Assembly (NCBI GenBank): GCA_023129075.1
Contig: JAGMCT010000002.1
Location: 3,077-67,076, forward strand
Direction: 5' to 3'
Length of the DNA: 64,000 nt
DNA from: Candidatus Micrarchaeota archaeon
Lineage (GTDB): Archaea; Micrarchaeota; Micrarchaeia; Anstonellales; Bilamarchaeaceae
The notes under the pieces were generated by a model. It made no database searches. It worked only from the letters and a program-made list of their open reading frames with translations, and was not told the origin of the DNA. This document shows, one piece after another, positions 25,507 to 35,669 of this stretch (position 1 is its first letter; each line of letters starts with the position of its first letter). The position numbers and the translations under genes were made by a program.

Positions 25507-25967
25507 ACATCTTCAGCCTTTACGATATATGCATCTAAAAGTCTTTTTGCTTTCAAAGGTCTGTCAACACTCAGAGCAACCACTGTTTTTCCCTCACTTT
25601 TTGATACGATGTGCACATCCTTGAGATTGACTTTCTCATCACTGAGAACCTTTGTAATCTCCGCGAGTGCACCTGGTTTATCTATTAACCTTAAGAAGAG
25701 CGTATTTGTGGATGAGATTTTATAGTTGTTCTGTTTGAGTATTTTCTCAACCTTATCCGCATTCTTCACTATAAGGGTCATTACTGCTTTTTTCCCTAAA
25801 GAGACAACAGAAATTGATTCTATATTCATTCTGTTCTTTCCCAAAATATAGGATATATCTGCAAGTGCACCTGGTTTATTCTCAACAACAACACTAACAC
25901 CTCTCATATTCCAACCTCTCATCAATATTCCGGGGCAAGTAATATAAATTATTAGGTTTGTTATCAT
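25500..25967 (-). CDS. ACT-domain protein (tandem ACT)
   Basis: Two 'GxL(A)xI' ACT-like segments (VENKPGALADISYILG; IDKPGALAEITKVLS). Confidence 0.6.
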   Translation of the reverse strand: MITNLIIYITCPGILMRGWNMRGVSVVVENKPGALADISYILGKNRMNIESISVVSLGKKAVMTLIVKNADKVEKILKQNNYKISSTNTLFLRLIDKPGALAEITKVLSDEKVNLKDVHIVSKSEGKTVVALSVDRPLKAKRLLDAYIVKAEDVQ

Positions 25968-25997
25968 TTTTTAAAGGGTTTTAACAAATATACTATC

Positions 25998-26801
25998 ATG
26001 AAAAAGCAAAAACCAAAAGAAAATTCAAAAAGATATTTAAAGCCCGTTGGGGTATTTATTTCAGCTTTTGTACTATCAGGGGGGATTTTAATGAGCGATA
26101 CAATTTTGAAAGGAAAAGAAGCCATTCCAATTGTCAAAGTGGATAAAAAAGACAAAATTGAAAAGATTGCATCTCAGGTTGTTAATAAGATAAACACTCT
26201 TAAAACTTATGAACAGGGAAAAACATTTCTTGATAAAATAAAAGAACCAATCCACTCGATAATAAAGAATAAAAGACCCGACCTTATTGAAAAGATTATG
26301 ATTGCTTATTATACTAAAACCATAGGCGATTCCGGAAAAAAAGGAAAACTTGGAGGAGTAAATACCTATCATACTTATATAGACGGAATGTTTATGGATT
26401 TATTAGATTCCAAGAAAATAGACAACAAAAAGGCCGTCTCAGTACTTGTGCTTCTTTCATCTAATTATGATACCTGTGAAGAGCTTTTGAGTGTGTCCAA
26501 TTCCAGAGACCATCTAGAGTCCTTGGAAAAAAAAGTTAAGGAAGGAAAGGCTTCAGTTGATGAACAGTCCAGTTATAATCATCTTGTTTTCTTCTATCGA
26601 AGCGGCAGTGGAGGTTATATCGGCACTCACGCAGAATGTATCTTTTCTCTTATTAAAGAAAAGAATAAAAGTTCCAAAGTAAGCTCCATTATTGAATATA
26701 TGAAGAAGAATAATTGGGGTTGGTATGCAATAAAAAACGATTTTGGGAAATTATCTGTGAAGCCAAAATGGATGAGCGGTTTTTTTAATTCATTATATTA
26801 A
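25998..26801 (+). CDS. membrane-anchored hypothetical protein
   Basis: N-terminal TM helix (VGVFISAFVLSGGILM). Confidence 0.4.
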   Translation: MKKQKPKENSKRYLKPVGVFISAFVLSGGILMSDTILKGKEAIPIVKVDKKDKIEKIASQVVNKINTLKTYEQGKTFLDKIKEPIHSIIKNKRPDLIEKIMIAYYTKTIGDSGKKGKLGGVNTYHTYIDGMFMDLLDSKKIDNKKAVSVLVLLSSNYDTCEELLSVSNSRDHLESLEKKVKEGKASVDEQSSYNHLVFFYRSGSGGYIGTHAECIFSLIKEKNKSSKVSSIIEYMKKNNWGWYAIKNDFGKLSVKPKWMSGFFNSLY

Positions 26802-28688
26802 CATTTCTTTAGTTAATGCATTCAGATATCCTTGTTCTTTTGCAGTTAATTTTTTTCCTTCTGCAACTTTTTCACATATGTTCTTCAATAACCTAAATTG
26901 CTCAGCAGGTTCCGTTACCTTGTCTTTCTTTACTTCTCTTATAAATTTCATTACGTCTCCACCACCGATATTATTGAATGTTTCTATCCCCTTTTCATAA
27001 TAACCTGTAACTCTGAGCGTTCCCATAGCAGTTGCTATTCCTGCCATAGCTGTAAATCTTTCTTCTTTATTTTTCCACTTTATTTTCCTTACCAAATCCA
27101 CCAGTTGATTTGCTTCTTTGACGTTTCCAGGCCTCAGGTTGATTTCAGAATTCGTGCAAAGTTCTTTAATCTGGATTTTAATTCCCTTGGTTTCACCAAG
27201 GCGTGGTTGTTTTGTTAGTATTTCATGAATAATGTTCAATTTTGGAACATATGCTGCAGAAATTGGGTAATCCCCGGCAAGGTCAAACACTTTCCTTGCC
27301 TGATCGAAATTATTCGCCCTTGCATAAATCATTCCTGCATAACTAAATAGTGCACCCCTTACATAGCCTGGCAGGTCCTCCCTTGTCTTTGCTGTCTCAA
27401 CCAAGTCTTTTGGTCTTATCCTCTCTTTCTCCATCCGTTCAAGGTAAAAAGAAGGCAGGACGGACTGAGCTTCTTTTATATAATTCATATCTATTCCCCT
27501 GAATTCGCTGTCAACAAGCTTGAGTAGTGCAGGTCCGGACATGTTTTTCAGTTGCTTTGACGCAAGCATATCCCTGTTTTGTTGCAATCCTGCAACCTCT
27601 CCTACTTCCTTTGTTGTTTCACCGGGCCCTGCCACCAATGTAGTGCTCAGTTTTCCTTCGTTTGTTTCCAGTTTAACAACTATTCTATTTCCCACCTTTT
27701 TTCCGAGTTGGTTTGAATTTACCGGGTCAAAGTAGACTGTTTTCCCTCCTAAGGTGACCGAACTTATCTGATGGCCCTCGAGCGGCCTTTGCAGTTGTTT
27801 ATAGTAGCCCCCCTTTGTAAACTCAATCTTTTCGAATCTGACGGCATGCCCCCTAACTTTGACCTCCACTCCTGTCGCCTTTGCTATTTCCTCATATGCT
27901 TTCATCTGCAGATGCACAAGCCCTATACAGTTTGATTTTCCTTCTTTTAGATTTGCTTCTGAACTGAGTGGATCGTATACAATACCAAATGCATTCTTTC
28001 CTCCTTCCGGAACATACATCTTTTTATTTATCTCACTATAAACCACTCCTAGAGCTTCCTCTTTTTGCTGTTGGGTTTCCATACCTTTTATTTCCTTTAC
28101 TGCCTGTTTTACACTGATCCTTTTTCCTTCAAAACCTATTTTCTTCTCGAGCACTCTGTTTGTAAATTCACTGTATTCAGTTTTCCTTTTTTCTTTTTCC
28201 TCCTTTCTTCTAACTGCCGGGGCTCTTCTTACCAACCTGGTCCCCACTTTTCCCTCTCCAGCCCGATACCTCATTTTTCTTGCTCCCTCTCCAGCCCTTC
28301 TTTCCATCTTTTTCATGGACCCCACTTCCCTTTTGGCCACTTCGGGTGCCCTCCTCATTCCTCTCATTGTGATTTTTGCTGCCCTATACCCCCTGCTCTT
28401 GGCAATCTTTAGTATCTCTTGTCTATTTTCTATTTTTTTTCCTTTTTTTTCTAAGTATTTGAACTCTATTCTCATAGCTTTTTCAGGACTGAGTTTCGTC
28501 AGTATCTTAAATAGATTGTTCCTAGCTTTATTGTAATTTATACTCCCTTTTACAAAATCTACTATTATGTCCTTTGCTTCTCTTTCCTTGAATATTCCGT
28601 AATATCTTGCTTGTTCTGTAAGACTTACTGCCTGTTTCTCGAGTTTTGTTTCAGGTGTAAGCTTAATCTCTCCCTTCAATTTTTCCAT
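26793..28688 (-). CDS. transglutaminase-like (papain-fold Cys-His-Asp) domain protein with N-terminal basic repeats
   Basis: 'SNCIGLVHL', 'RGHAVRFE' and 'VYFDPVN' match the C/H/D spacing of the transglutaminase-like core. There are 'RRAGEGARKMRYRAGEGK' repeats and a helical C-terminus. Confidence 0.45.
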   Translation of the reverse strand: MEKLKGEIKLTPETKLEKQAVSLTEQARYYGIFKEREAKDIIVDFVKGSINYNKARNNLFKILTKLSPEKAMRIEFKYLEKKGKKIENRQEILKIAKSRGYRAAKITMRGMRRAPEVAKREVGSMKKMERRAGEGARKMRYRAGEGKVGTRLVRRAPAVRRKEEKEKRKTEYSEFTNRVLEKKIGFEGKRISVKQAVKEIKGMETQQQKEEALGVVYSEINKKMYVPEGGKNAFGIVYDPLSSEANLKEGKSNCIGLVHLQMKAYEEIAKATGVEVKVRGHAVRFEKIEFTKGGYYKQLQRPLEGHQISSVTLGGKTVYFDPVNSNQLGKKVGNRIVVKLETNEGKLSTTLVAGPGETTKEVGEVAGLQQNRDMLASKQLKNMSGPALLKLVDSEFRGIDMNYIKEAQSVLPSFYLERMEKERIRPKDLVETAKTREDLPGYVRGALFSYAGMIYARANNFDQARKVFDLAGDYPISAAYVPKLNIIHEILTKQPRLGETKGIKIQIKELCTNSEINLRPGNVKEANQLVDLVRKIKWKNKEERFTAMAGIATAMGTLRVTGYYEKGIETFNNIGGGDVMKFIREVKKDKVTEPAEQFRLLKNICEKVAEGKKLTAKEQGYLNALTKEMLI

Positions 28689-28740
28689 AATTCCATTTCT
28701 TCCTTTTCATTTTTAATATTTATCTTTCTAATCATTTTGC

Positions 28741-29172
28741 ATGAAGTTTAGTTCATCAAAACAATACCTTAAGCAAATTTCCCTTTATCTCAAAAACAGG
28801 GATTTTAAGAAAGCATATTCCCTTGCAAGCGAAGCACGTATAAAGTATCCGGGAAACAAACTTATAGACTATTTGTTTGCAAAATCCCTTTTTGGTTTAG
28901 GAAAATACGAGGAAAGTCTTGAGGTTGTAAAAAACCTGCTCAAAAAAGAAAAGAACGACCTTTTTCTCCTCCTTGCAGCATCCAACTGTCTTTATCTTGA
29001 GAGATACGGCCAGGGCCTGCTCTATCTCCGTCAAATGAAACACACGAATGAAGAGCTTAAATTTATATTTAGATTATTGAGCGGTGCAGATTTGACAAAG
29101 AATGCAGATAAGAAGTTATTTTCATTAATAGAAAAATATACAAACATCTTCTTCAAAGAATATCTTGAATAA
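28741..29172 (+). CDS. TPR-like helical protein, hypothetical
   Basis: 143 aa with helical-repeat character. Confidence 0.35.
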   Translation: MKFSSSKQYLKQISLYLKNRDFKKAYSLASEARIKYPGNKLIDYLFAKSLFGLGKYEESLEVVKNLLKKEKNDLFLLLAASNCLYLERYGQGLLYLRQMKHTNEELKFIFRLLSGADLTKNADKKLFSLIEKYTNIFFKEYLE

Positions 29173-30031
29173 TACCCAGCACCTCTTCGTCGCTTTTTGC
29201 ACGCGAAATCCTTGTTTTTATTTCTTTACTTTTTTTCCTCCCTTTAATCATTTCAATTAAGTGCATTTTTAGGTAGGAAAGCCCTTCTGGTTTCCCAAAT
29301 CTTTTGTATTCTTCTATATATTCGCTGATAGGAGCCCTATTGAGTTCAAGCCCCTTCATTATCCTGAAGATGTTGGGATTCTGCAGTGCTTTCCTTCCAT
29401 ACATAAGAGAATCAGCCCCAGTAAGCACCTTCAATTTCCTTGAATTGAACTCATCCAGGTTTCCACTTAACACAATCGGCAAATCTACCCTTTTTCTCAC
29501 TACCTTCACAAATTCATAATCAATTTCTCCACTATAACCCTGTTCTTTTGTTCTCGGGTGTATGGTTATAAAATCCACATAATCCTTAAGCTCTTTAATA
29601 AGTTCAATGGTTTTTTCTTTATCTTCAAGAATTCTTATTTTTACAGATGTTGTTCCATTTGAATATCTCTTTATGTTTTTCAATATTTCCAGCATAACTT
29701 CTTTTCTTTTTAGTAATTCATATCCTGCACCTGTTTTATTTATAACAGAAGAAGGACACCCCGCATTAAGGTCAATTCCTGCATACTCCACTGTTTCATT
29801 GATATTCTTTATTGAACTTATGAATGGTAATGGATTCTCCCCGACCAGTTGAATAATAATGTTTTCTTCTTTCAAAGGAAAATTTCTTTCTAGTAATTCT
29901 TTATTATGCTTAAGGGATTCCACGTGGAGCATCTCACTGAATACATAATCCGCACCCATACTGCTCATGAATTTCCTTAAGAAATGATTGGTGTATCCAT
30001 GCATTGGCGCCATAAGGTATTTTGATTTCAT
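29153..30031 (-). CDS. dus: tRNA-dihydrouridine synthase
   Basis: 'LAPMHGYTNHFLR', 'IQLVGENP', 'IDLNAGCP' and 'ITIHPRTKEQGYSG' are the Dus family motifs. Confidence 0.85.
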   Translation of the reverse strand: MKSKYLMAPMHGYTNHFLRKFMSSMGADYVFSEMLHVESLKHNKELLERNFPLKEENIIIQLVGENPLPFISSIKNINETVEYAGIDLNAGCPSSVINKTGAGYELLKRKEVMLEILKNIKRYSNGTTSVKIRILEDKEKTIELIKELKDYVDFITIHPRTKEQGYSGEIDYEFVKVVRKRVDLPIVLSGNLDEFNSRKLKVLTGADSLMYGRKALQNPNIFRIMKGLELNRAPISEYIEEYKRFGKPEGLSYLKMHLIEMIKGRKKSKEIKTRISRAKSDEEVLGIIQDIL

Positions 30032-30229
30032 TCGTATGGATTGGATGCATACAAATTTTAATTATATCGCATGTTAATTAAACTTAATCCAGCCACATTA
30101 AAAAAGCAGTATTCTATCTTATAGCCCGATATTTGTTTTAGTATATTTATTGCACTCTTTTAATTCTTATAAAACCACAAACTTCCCCAACCACCGGTTT
30201 TTTAAATCCCTCCATCCTCATCTTTCTTC

Positions 30230-30619
30230 ATGAAATTCGACCTCATAACAATAGATGAGATTAAAGCAAGAAGGGACAAGTCCGAGCGCCCCAAAGGCAT
30301 GAAGATTTCCCTTAATATCTCAGGAATTGAGGACAAAAAGGACAAGCTTGAAGTGGGTTACATATATATCTCAGAATACCCTGAAAAGGTCGCCACAATA
30401 AGGCTTGAGGGAAAGGTTCTCGTAAGCGGAAACAAATCAGAATTACAGAGCCTTCTGAAAAACTGGAAAGATAAAAAACCTGATGAAAAATTCATGAGCG
30501 ACCTTATAAATATAATAAATTATCATGCTTCATTGAATGGGGTTTATGTTGCAAGGTCCATGAACCTTCCCCCTCCAATAAGCCCCCCAAAAATAAAGGT
30601 TAAGTTCAAGAAGCCTTAG
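30230..30619 (+). CDS. hypothetical protein
   Basis: 129 aa, convergent with the secretion-ATPase gene. Confidence 0.35.
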   Translation: MKFDLITIDEIKARRDKSERPKGMKISLNISGIEDKKDKLEVGYIYISEYPEKVATIRLEGKVLVSGNKSELQSLLKNWKDKKPDEKFMSDLINIINYHASLNGVYVARSMNLPPPISPPKIKVKFKKP

Positions 30620-32889
30620 CCTTTCTTTGCTTTTCTTATTTCCAATTCTTTTTTCAATATCTCTTTATATCTCTCCGGCCATTCCTTTTCTATCCTTATA
30701 TAATCAACCTTTCCATTCTCATTTTCCAGCTCTGCTATCATCTTGTTGGTCATGCTGTTTATTTTCATAACAAAATCCAGTTCTCTCAAAAGCGGGTCCC
30801 CAACATCCATGCTTGTTTGGTATATTTCGTGATACATCTTTCCCTTGAAAAACGCCTGCAGTATATATTCTTCGGGAGCTATTCCTGTTTCCCTTGTTCT
30901 TCTTTCAAGTACTGGAGGTATGAACTCAAGGTCAAGCTCTTTCTGTAGTTTCCCTACATTCACCTTTCTATAATTCCTTTCTATTCCTTCTGGATTCCTC
31001 AGGAATTTCGGCTCTATTGTGCAGTTCTCTATATTGCTCCCTCTCTTGAATTTGAAAATCTCTACAAACTGCTTCTTCTCCTGGTCGGTTTCGAATTCAT
31101 ATCCAAGAACCCTGTGTGTCCTTCCCCTTCTCCCAAATTTCACCTTTTTCAGGAATGTATATCTGTCTGTTGCATACATGCTCGCTCCAGGTATCCCGAA
31201 TACCAGCTCAAGCCTGTCTTGGATATCCCTTAATGATTCAGCATGCAGGTTGTATAATAAAAATACCCCTGGCTGTGTGTTCAAAAGATTGATAACCCCC
31301 TGCACAGCAAGCCTTGACCTTATTTCGTTGATTATGAGTGCTGCATCCCCCATCCTGAGCAATGCATTGGCCATTGCCACAAGGTCCATTTCTCCTTCTC
31401 CCTTTCCTTCCCCTTCAACTGCACTCGTTACCCTTGCAGCGCCTATATGGAACCCCCTTTTCCTGAATGCTTTTACAGGAATCTCCTGGATATCCTGGAT
31501 TGGTATAATCCTTTTCTTGGTGCCTATTGCAGATATCTTTGCCGCTGTAAAAGCAGTCTTTCCTACTCCCTTTAATCCAAGTACCGCTTCACTGCATCCC
31601 AATCCGACCATCACATCATCATAACCTGTAAAAAACGGTGTAAACGAATTATAATATAGATATTGTGCATAGGTAAACGGCTCCTCCTTCATTATCCTGA
31701 GGGCTCCCTGCAGTTCTGCAAATGTTGCAGGAGGCCTCTGCAAGTGCGCTCTCATGCTCAATCTTTTCACCACCACATCCACCACAGGATTTTTGTCATC
31801 AAATTTCTTTCCTTTCTGGGAAAGTACAATGTTCTTGAAACCTCTTTCCAGTAATTCTCTATTGTACCTGTAAAGCGTATGGCAAAGTCCGAATTTTGAA
31901 TGTTCTATATATAACGGGCAATTTTCACTGTCTATATAAATATCAGTAACATGCTCTTTGTCAAGAGAAAGATTTTCTATATCTGCTCCAAGCCCAACAA
32001 CCCATGCAGACACTTCCCTCCCCATTGCAAGAGCCTGTTGTGGTGTAATATCTATCCCTTTTTTTATCGCCTCGTCCATAAAATATTGTCTGTATTCCCT
32101 TGCTTTCAAGCTGAATATTATATCAAAGTTCTTGGCCTCAAACGATTCTTTCATCTGTCCGAGTATAAGATTTTTCATCATTTTTGAGAGTTCTTTTGGA
32201 AGATTTTTCACCTGCGGGTTTTCCTGTACATAAAGATATGCATCTTCCCCCGGCAGGTCATATATCTGTGCGATTACTCCAAAAGGAAGTTCATACCTTC
32301 CACCCTCTTCTTTCAATGGTTTTGCTTTTTTTGGTATGCCCAGTACAAGTGATTCAATAAAATAAAGACTCTTCAACCCAGCCAGGGAAAGGAATGTCAT
32401 TCTTAGGTCCTTGGTTTCCTTTGTAAGTTTGTATAATTTCGTTTCCCCGTATCTTTTTAATATTCCGTTTACCCATGCCTTGAATGTCTGGTACCCCTTC
32501 AGAAATGCAGACCTTTCAGGGTAGGGTTCCTTGTATTCATCCAGCAGTCTGTGCGCCATCAGCGGACTCATGAAAAGCAGTTCAAAGAACTTCCTCATCG
32601 TTGTTCGTCTCTTGCTGTGCTGCTCGTCCTGTTTCAGTCCATATATATCCTTCCGAAGAAGTAATCCCTCAACCTGCCTTATGAAAGCCCCATATTCTGT
32701 CAGCACCTTGGTTTTTTTCTCATCCAGCTCCACAACTATCTCTTCTTCATATCTTATTCTCTTTATCGGCTGTTCAATCGTTGAAAGGTCTTTTAAGTGA
32801 AAATTAAGAAATTCCGGGGACCCGAATTCATAGGGGCATTTCGCCATGTCTACAATACCCAGCGTTCCTTTCAACTCAAGATTACACAT
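30616..32889 (-). CDS. type II/IV secretion-system-class ATPase (FlaI/VirB11/PilT family) with a ~440-aa N-terminal extension
   Basis: Walker A 'GLKGVGKT', Asp/Glu-rich 'EGEGKGEGEMD', 'LRMGDAALIINEIRS' (the …IIVGEvRg motif) and His-box 'LYNLHAES'. 757 aa. Confidence 0.6.
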   Translation of the reverse strand: MCNLELKGTLGIVDMAKCPYEFGSPEFLNFHLKDLSTIEQPIKRIRYEEEIVVELDEKKTKVLTEYGAFIRQVEGLLLRKDIYGLKQDEQHSKRRTTMRKFFELLFMSPLMAHRLLDEYKEPYPERSAFLKGYQTFKAWVNGILKRYGETKLYKLTKETKDLRMTFLSLAGLKSLYFIESLVLGIPKKAKPLKEEGGRYELPFGVIAQIYDLPGEDAYLYVQENPQVKNLPKELSKMMKNLILGQMKESFEAKNFDIIFSLKAREYRQYFMDEAIKKGIDITPQQALAMGREVSAWVVGLGADIENLSLDKEHVTDIYIDSENCPLYIEHSKFGLCHTLYRYNRELLERGFKNIVLSQKGKKFDDKNPVVDVVVKRLSMRAHLQRPPATFAELQGALRIMKEEPFTYAQYLYYNSFTPFFTGYDDVMVGLGCSEAVLGLKGVGKTAFTAAKISAIGTKKRIIPIQDIQEIPVKAFRKRGFHIGAARVTSAVEGEGKGEGEMDLVAMANALLRMGDAALIINEIRSRLAVQGVINLLNTQPGVFLLYNLHAESLRDIQDRLELVFGIPGASMYATDRYTFLKKVKFGRRGRTHRVLGYEFETDQEKKQFVEIFKFKRGSNIENCTIEPKFLRNPEGIERNYRKVNVGKLQKELDLEFIPPVLERRTRETGIAPEEYILQAFFKGKMYHEIYQTSMDVGDPLLRELDFVMKINSMTNKMIAELENENGKVDYIRIEKEWPERYKEILKKELEIRKAKKG

Positions 32890-33072
32890 ATTCTTTCTTA
32901 ATTAAATCTCTGTTTTTTTAAAAGTATCTGAAAGAAATGTTCTTTTTTCCACAAATTGTTTTTTTATAGGACAAAATTTGGACATTATTATCTTATAGGG
33001 CACTTTAAAATGAAGTTGTGTCAAAAGATGGCTTTTTAAACCCTTTTACACATAATTGTAGTTAGTGATAAT

Positions 33073-33828
33073 ATGGTAAAATCTATACAGAAACAAAAGG
33101 AAAGAATAAGAGGTCCTGCGATAGAGGTTTTCAGGAAATATAAAGAAGGTGTTTCATTCCCTGATGCTTTGAAGCTTGCAAAGGAAGCAAAGAGGGTTAT
33201 TGCCTCAAACAAAAGACTAGATAAAGCACTGGTTGGAAGTGATGAATGGGGGGGGATTGACCTTGCTTTTCCATGTTACACAGGAACAATGACAGGTTAT
33301 GAAGAGAAAAACAAAAAGCTTGGAAAAGAGATAGTTTATACAGACTCAAAAACAAAACAGAGATATATCTTCCCGACTGGAGATGCAAAGGGCTCAAAGA
33401 ACGTTATTCTTGTTGTAGAGCATCCTGATTATGAATTGAAAAAGGATGGAAAAGACCTGAGAGTGTGTGCATCCTCCTTTGATATATTGGAGAATTTCCC
33501 TGTTTCAGATGGCTGGTATAAAACAGATGAGAAGCATGGCATTCCGCTCGGAAAGAAAGTAAATAGGGGCAATGAAGATGCACGTTCTCTTTGGAGAATA
33601 AAAGGTGCGAGAGTAGGCCCTGTTGCCCGCGACGGCTTCGACTTCTGGCAGGGCGATGGGAGGCGCGATGTCTACCTTAATGCCAAGCCGTTCGTTGAGC
33701 TTAGGGTGGCAGTAGAAGCCCTTGAGTTGAAATTAAAGATTACACAAGGGCAGGGAAAATTGATTATCAGGGGAACACCCGAACAGCTTGCTGAAATTAA
33801 AAAATTAATTAAAGAAAACCAGAAATAA
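33073..33828 (+). CDS. hypothetical protein
   Basis: 251 aa with no motif recognised. Confidence 0.35.
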   Translation: MVKSIQKQKERIRGPAIEVFRKYKEGVSFPDALKLAKEAKRVIASNKRLDKALVGSDEWGGIDLAFPCYTGTMTGYEEKNKKLGKEIVYTDSKTKQRYIFPTGDAKGSKNVILVVEHPDYELKKDGKDLRVCASSFDILENFPVSDGWYKTDEKHGIPLGKKVNRGNEDARSLWRIKGARVGPVARDGFDFWQGDGRRDVYLNAKPFVELRVAVEALELKLKITQGQGKLIIRGTPEQLAEIKKLIKENQK

Positions 33829-33886
33829 GAACAGATTTCGTTTCAACCAGCAAATATTTTAAACCAAGCGAGCTTAAGTAGGCAGT

Positions 33887-34960
33887 ATGGATGCAGAAAA
33901 GAGAATAGCAGAGCTTGAAGAAGAAATCAGAAATACGAAAAGGCATAAGGGCACCGAGCATCACATAGGACGTCTTCTTGCAAAAATCGCAAGACTGAGA
34001 AGAGAGTTAATATTGCAGGCATCCAAGAAATCCGGTGGCGGCGGTGGTTTCACAATAAAGAAAGAAGGAAACGCAACTGTCGTATTTGTAGGATTCCCCA
34101 GTGTTGGAAAGTCAACATTACTCTCCCTTGTTACAAATGCAGAAAGCAAGGTGGCTGCTTATGATTTCACAACCATTTCCTGTATTCCTGGAATGATGGA
34201 TTACAACGGCATTAAGATACAAATTCTGGACCTCCCAGGTATAATAAGAGGAGCAGGAGAAGGAAAAGGGAGAGGAAAAGAGGTAATATCAGCAGCAAGA
34301 AGCGCAGACCTTATACTAATCCTGCTTGATGCAACCAAATCAGGGCAATTGCAGATAATAAGGGATGAACTCACCAAAGTCGGAATAAGGTTTAATTCAA
34401 AACCCCCAGACCTTGTTCTTAAAAAAGACGTGCGAGGCGGTGTTACAGTAATCTCTGCAAGAAGACTTACCCGCATAAGCAGAGAAGAGATATTTGCAAT
34501 CCTCAATGAATATGGAATCCACAACGGAACTCTTACAATAAGACAAAACATTGATGCAAACCAATTCATAGATTTCCTTGAAAAAAACAGAATGTATATT
34601 CCAGCTGTAATTGTCGTCAACAAGATTGACCTTGTTGATAATTTTAATATCAAGGAGGACTACCTGCCGATTTCTGCAGTAAACAAAACCAATATAGAAG
34701 AACTCAAAAAACTCATTTTTGAAAAATTGAATTTCATAAAGGTTTATACAAAACCAAGAAAAGAGGTAAAAATGGATGAACCCATGGTTTTAAAGAGAGG
34801 CTCAACCATAAAGATTTTTTGTAAAAAGCTTCCAAGAGGATTTCTCAAGAATTTTCGGTATGCCTTGGTTTGGGGAAAAAGCGTAAAATTCCCGGGCCAG
34901 AGAGTAGGCCTTAATCATGTTCTTGAGGAAGGGGACATTATTAGGATTGTAAAGAGGTGA
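33887..34960 (+). CDS. developmentally regulated GTP-binding protein (DRG/Rbg1 family, Obg-like GTPase with TGS domain)
   Basis: The N-terminus is like 'ELEEEIRNTKRHKGTEHHIGRLLAKIARLR'. G1 'GFPSVGKSTLL'. C-terminal TGS (GDIIRIV). Confidence 0.85.
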   Translation: MDAEKRIAELEEEIRNTKRHKGTEHHIGRLLAKIARLRRELILQASKKSGGGGGFTIKKEGNATVVFVGFPSVGKSTLLSLVTNAESKVAAYDFTTISCIPGMMDYNGIKIQILDLPGIIRGAGEGKGRGKEVISAARSADLILILLDATKSGQLQIIRDELTKVGIRFNSKPPDLVLKKDVRGGVTVISARRLTRISREEIFAILNEYGIHNGTLTIRQNIDANQFIDFLEKNRMYIPAVIVVNKIDLVDNFNIKEDYLPISAVNKTNIEELKKLIFEKLNFIKVYTKPRKEVKMDEPMVLKRGSTIKIFCKKLPRGFLKNFRYALVWGKSVKFPGQRVGLNHVLEEGDIIRIVKR

Positions 34961-34966
34961 AGGATT

Positions 34967-35233
34967 ATGGTAAAGCAGACCGAGATTGACAAGGTAATTG
35001 CATGGTGCGAGGAAAGAAAAAAGGAAAAACAAAGAATATACATAGTTGAAAGGAATTTCTTTAGGGATGAGATTGACTGGATGCGGAGATTTCCTTTGAT
35101 AGAGATAGACAGGCCCAAGGAGACAGCAGGAAAATTCAATCTTGTTTATGATTCCCTTACAAAATCACTTTGGCAATACCTTGGCGGGGACTGGAGAAAG
35201 ATAGAACAGGATATTGACAGAAGGATTATTTAA
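34967..35233 (+). CDS. hypothetical small protein
   Basis: 88 aa, immediately downstream of the DRG gene. Confidence 0.3.
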   Translation: MVKQTEIDKVIAWCEERKKEKQRIYIVERNFFRDEIDWMRRFPLIEIDRPKETAGKFNLVYDSLTKSLWQYLGGDWRKIEQDIDRRII

Positions 35234-35300
35234 TCTTCCTTTTTCTACAACAACAACCATATATCTATAAAAACCCTTACTCATATAATATAAATGGTGG

Positions 35301-35669
35301 TTGAGAATGTCAAGGAAGTCTTCATATAAAAAAAAGCCCAAGTCTCCTAAATTATCCGTGAAAGCAAAGCCAAAAACAAAAAGAAAGATTATTGCTAAAA
35401 GAGTTCCAAAGAAAAACTTTACTCCCATAAAGAAGAAAGGAACTAAGGTCATTGACCGTGAATATTCAGAGAAAATCAAGGAAATGGAAGAGGCAATCCA
35501 GCTTAAGTTTGCACGCTTAATGTCGCGTAAAAAAAGGCTTAAAAAAATAGTTCCAAAAAGGCAGAAAACAGAACCATACAATAAGGTGTTGACATCACAG
35601 GGATTGAAGGATGCAAAAAAACTTGCAAATGCGCTTAAAAGTGTTCCTTCTCTTGACAGGTGGGCATGA
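35301..35669 (+). CDS. lysine-rich basic protein, hypothetical (possibly nucleic-acid-binding)
   Basis: 122 aa and very basic (KKKPKSPKLSVKAKPKTKRK). Confidence 0.35.
   Translation: MRMSRKSSYKKKPKSPKLSVKAKPKTKRKIIAKRVPKKNFTPIKKKGTKVIDREYSEKIKEMEEAIQLKFARLMSRKKRLKKIVPKRQKTEPYNKVLTSQGLKDAKKLANALKSVPSLDRWA

Noticed and set aside
28065-28536. Plus-strand ORFs antisense to the transglutaminase-like gene
   Set aside because: They overlap a long motif-bearing minus-strand ORF and are low-complexity (F/S/P).
31019-31624. 201-aa plus-strand ORF
   Set aside because: It lies entirely inside, and antisense to, the secretion-ATPase gene. Its Ser/Pro/Leu-rich composition is typical of antisense artefacts.
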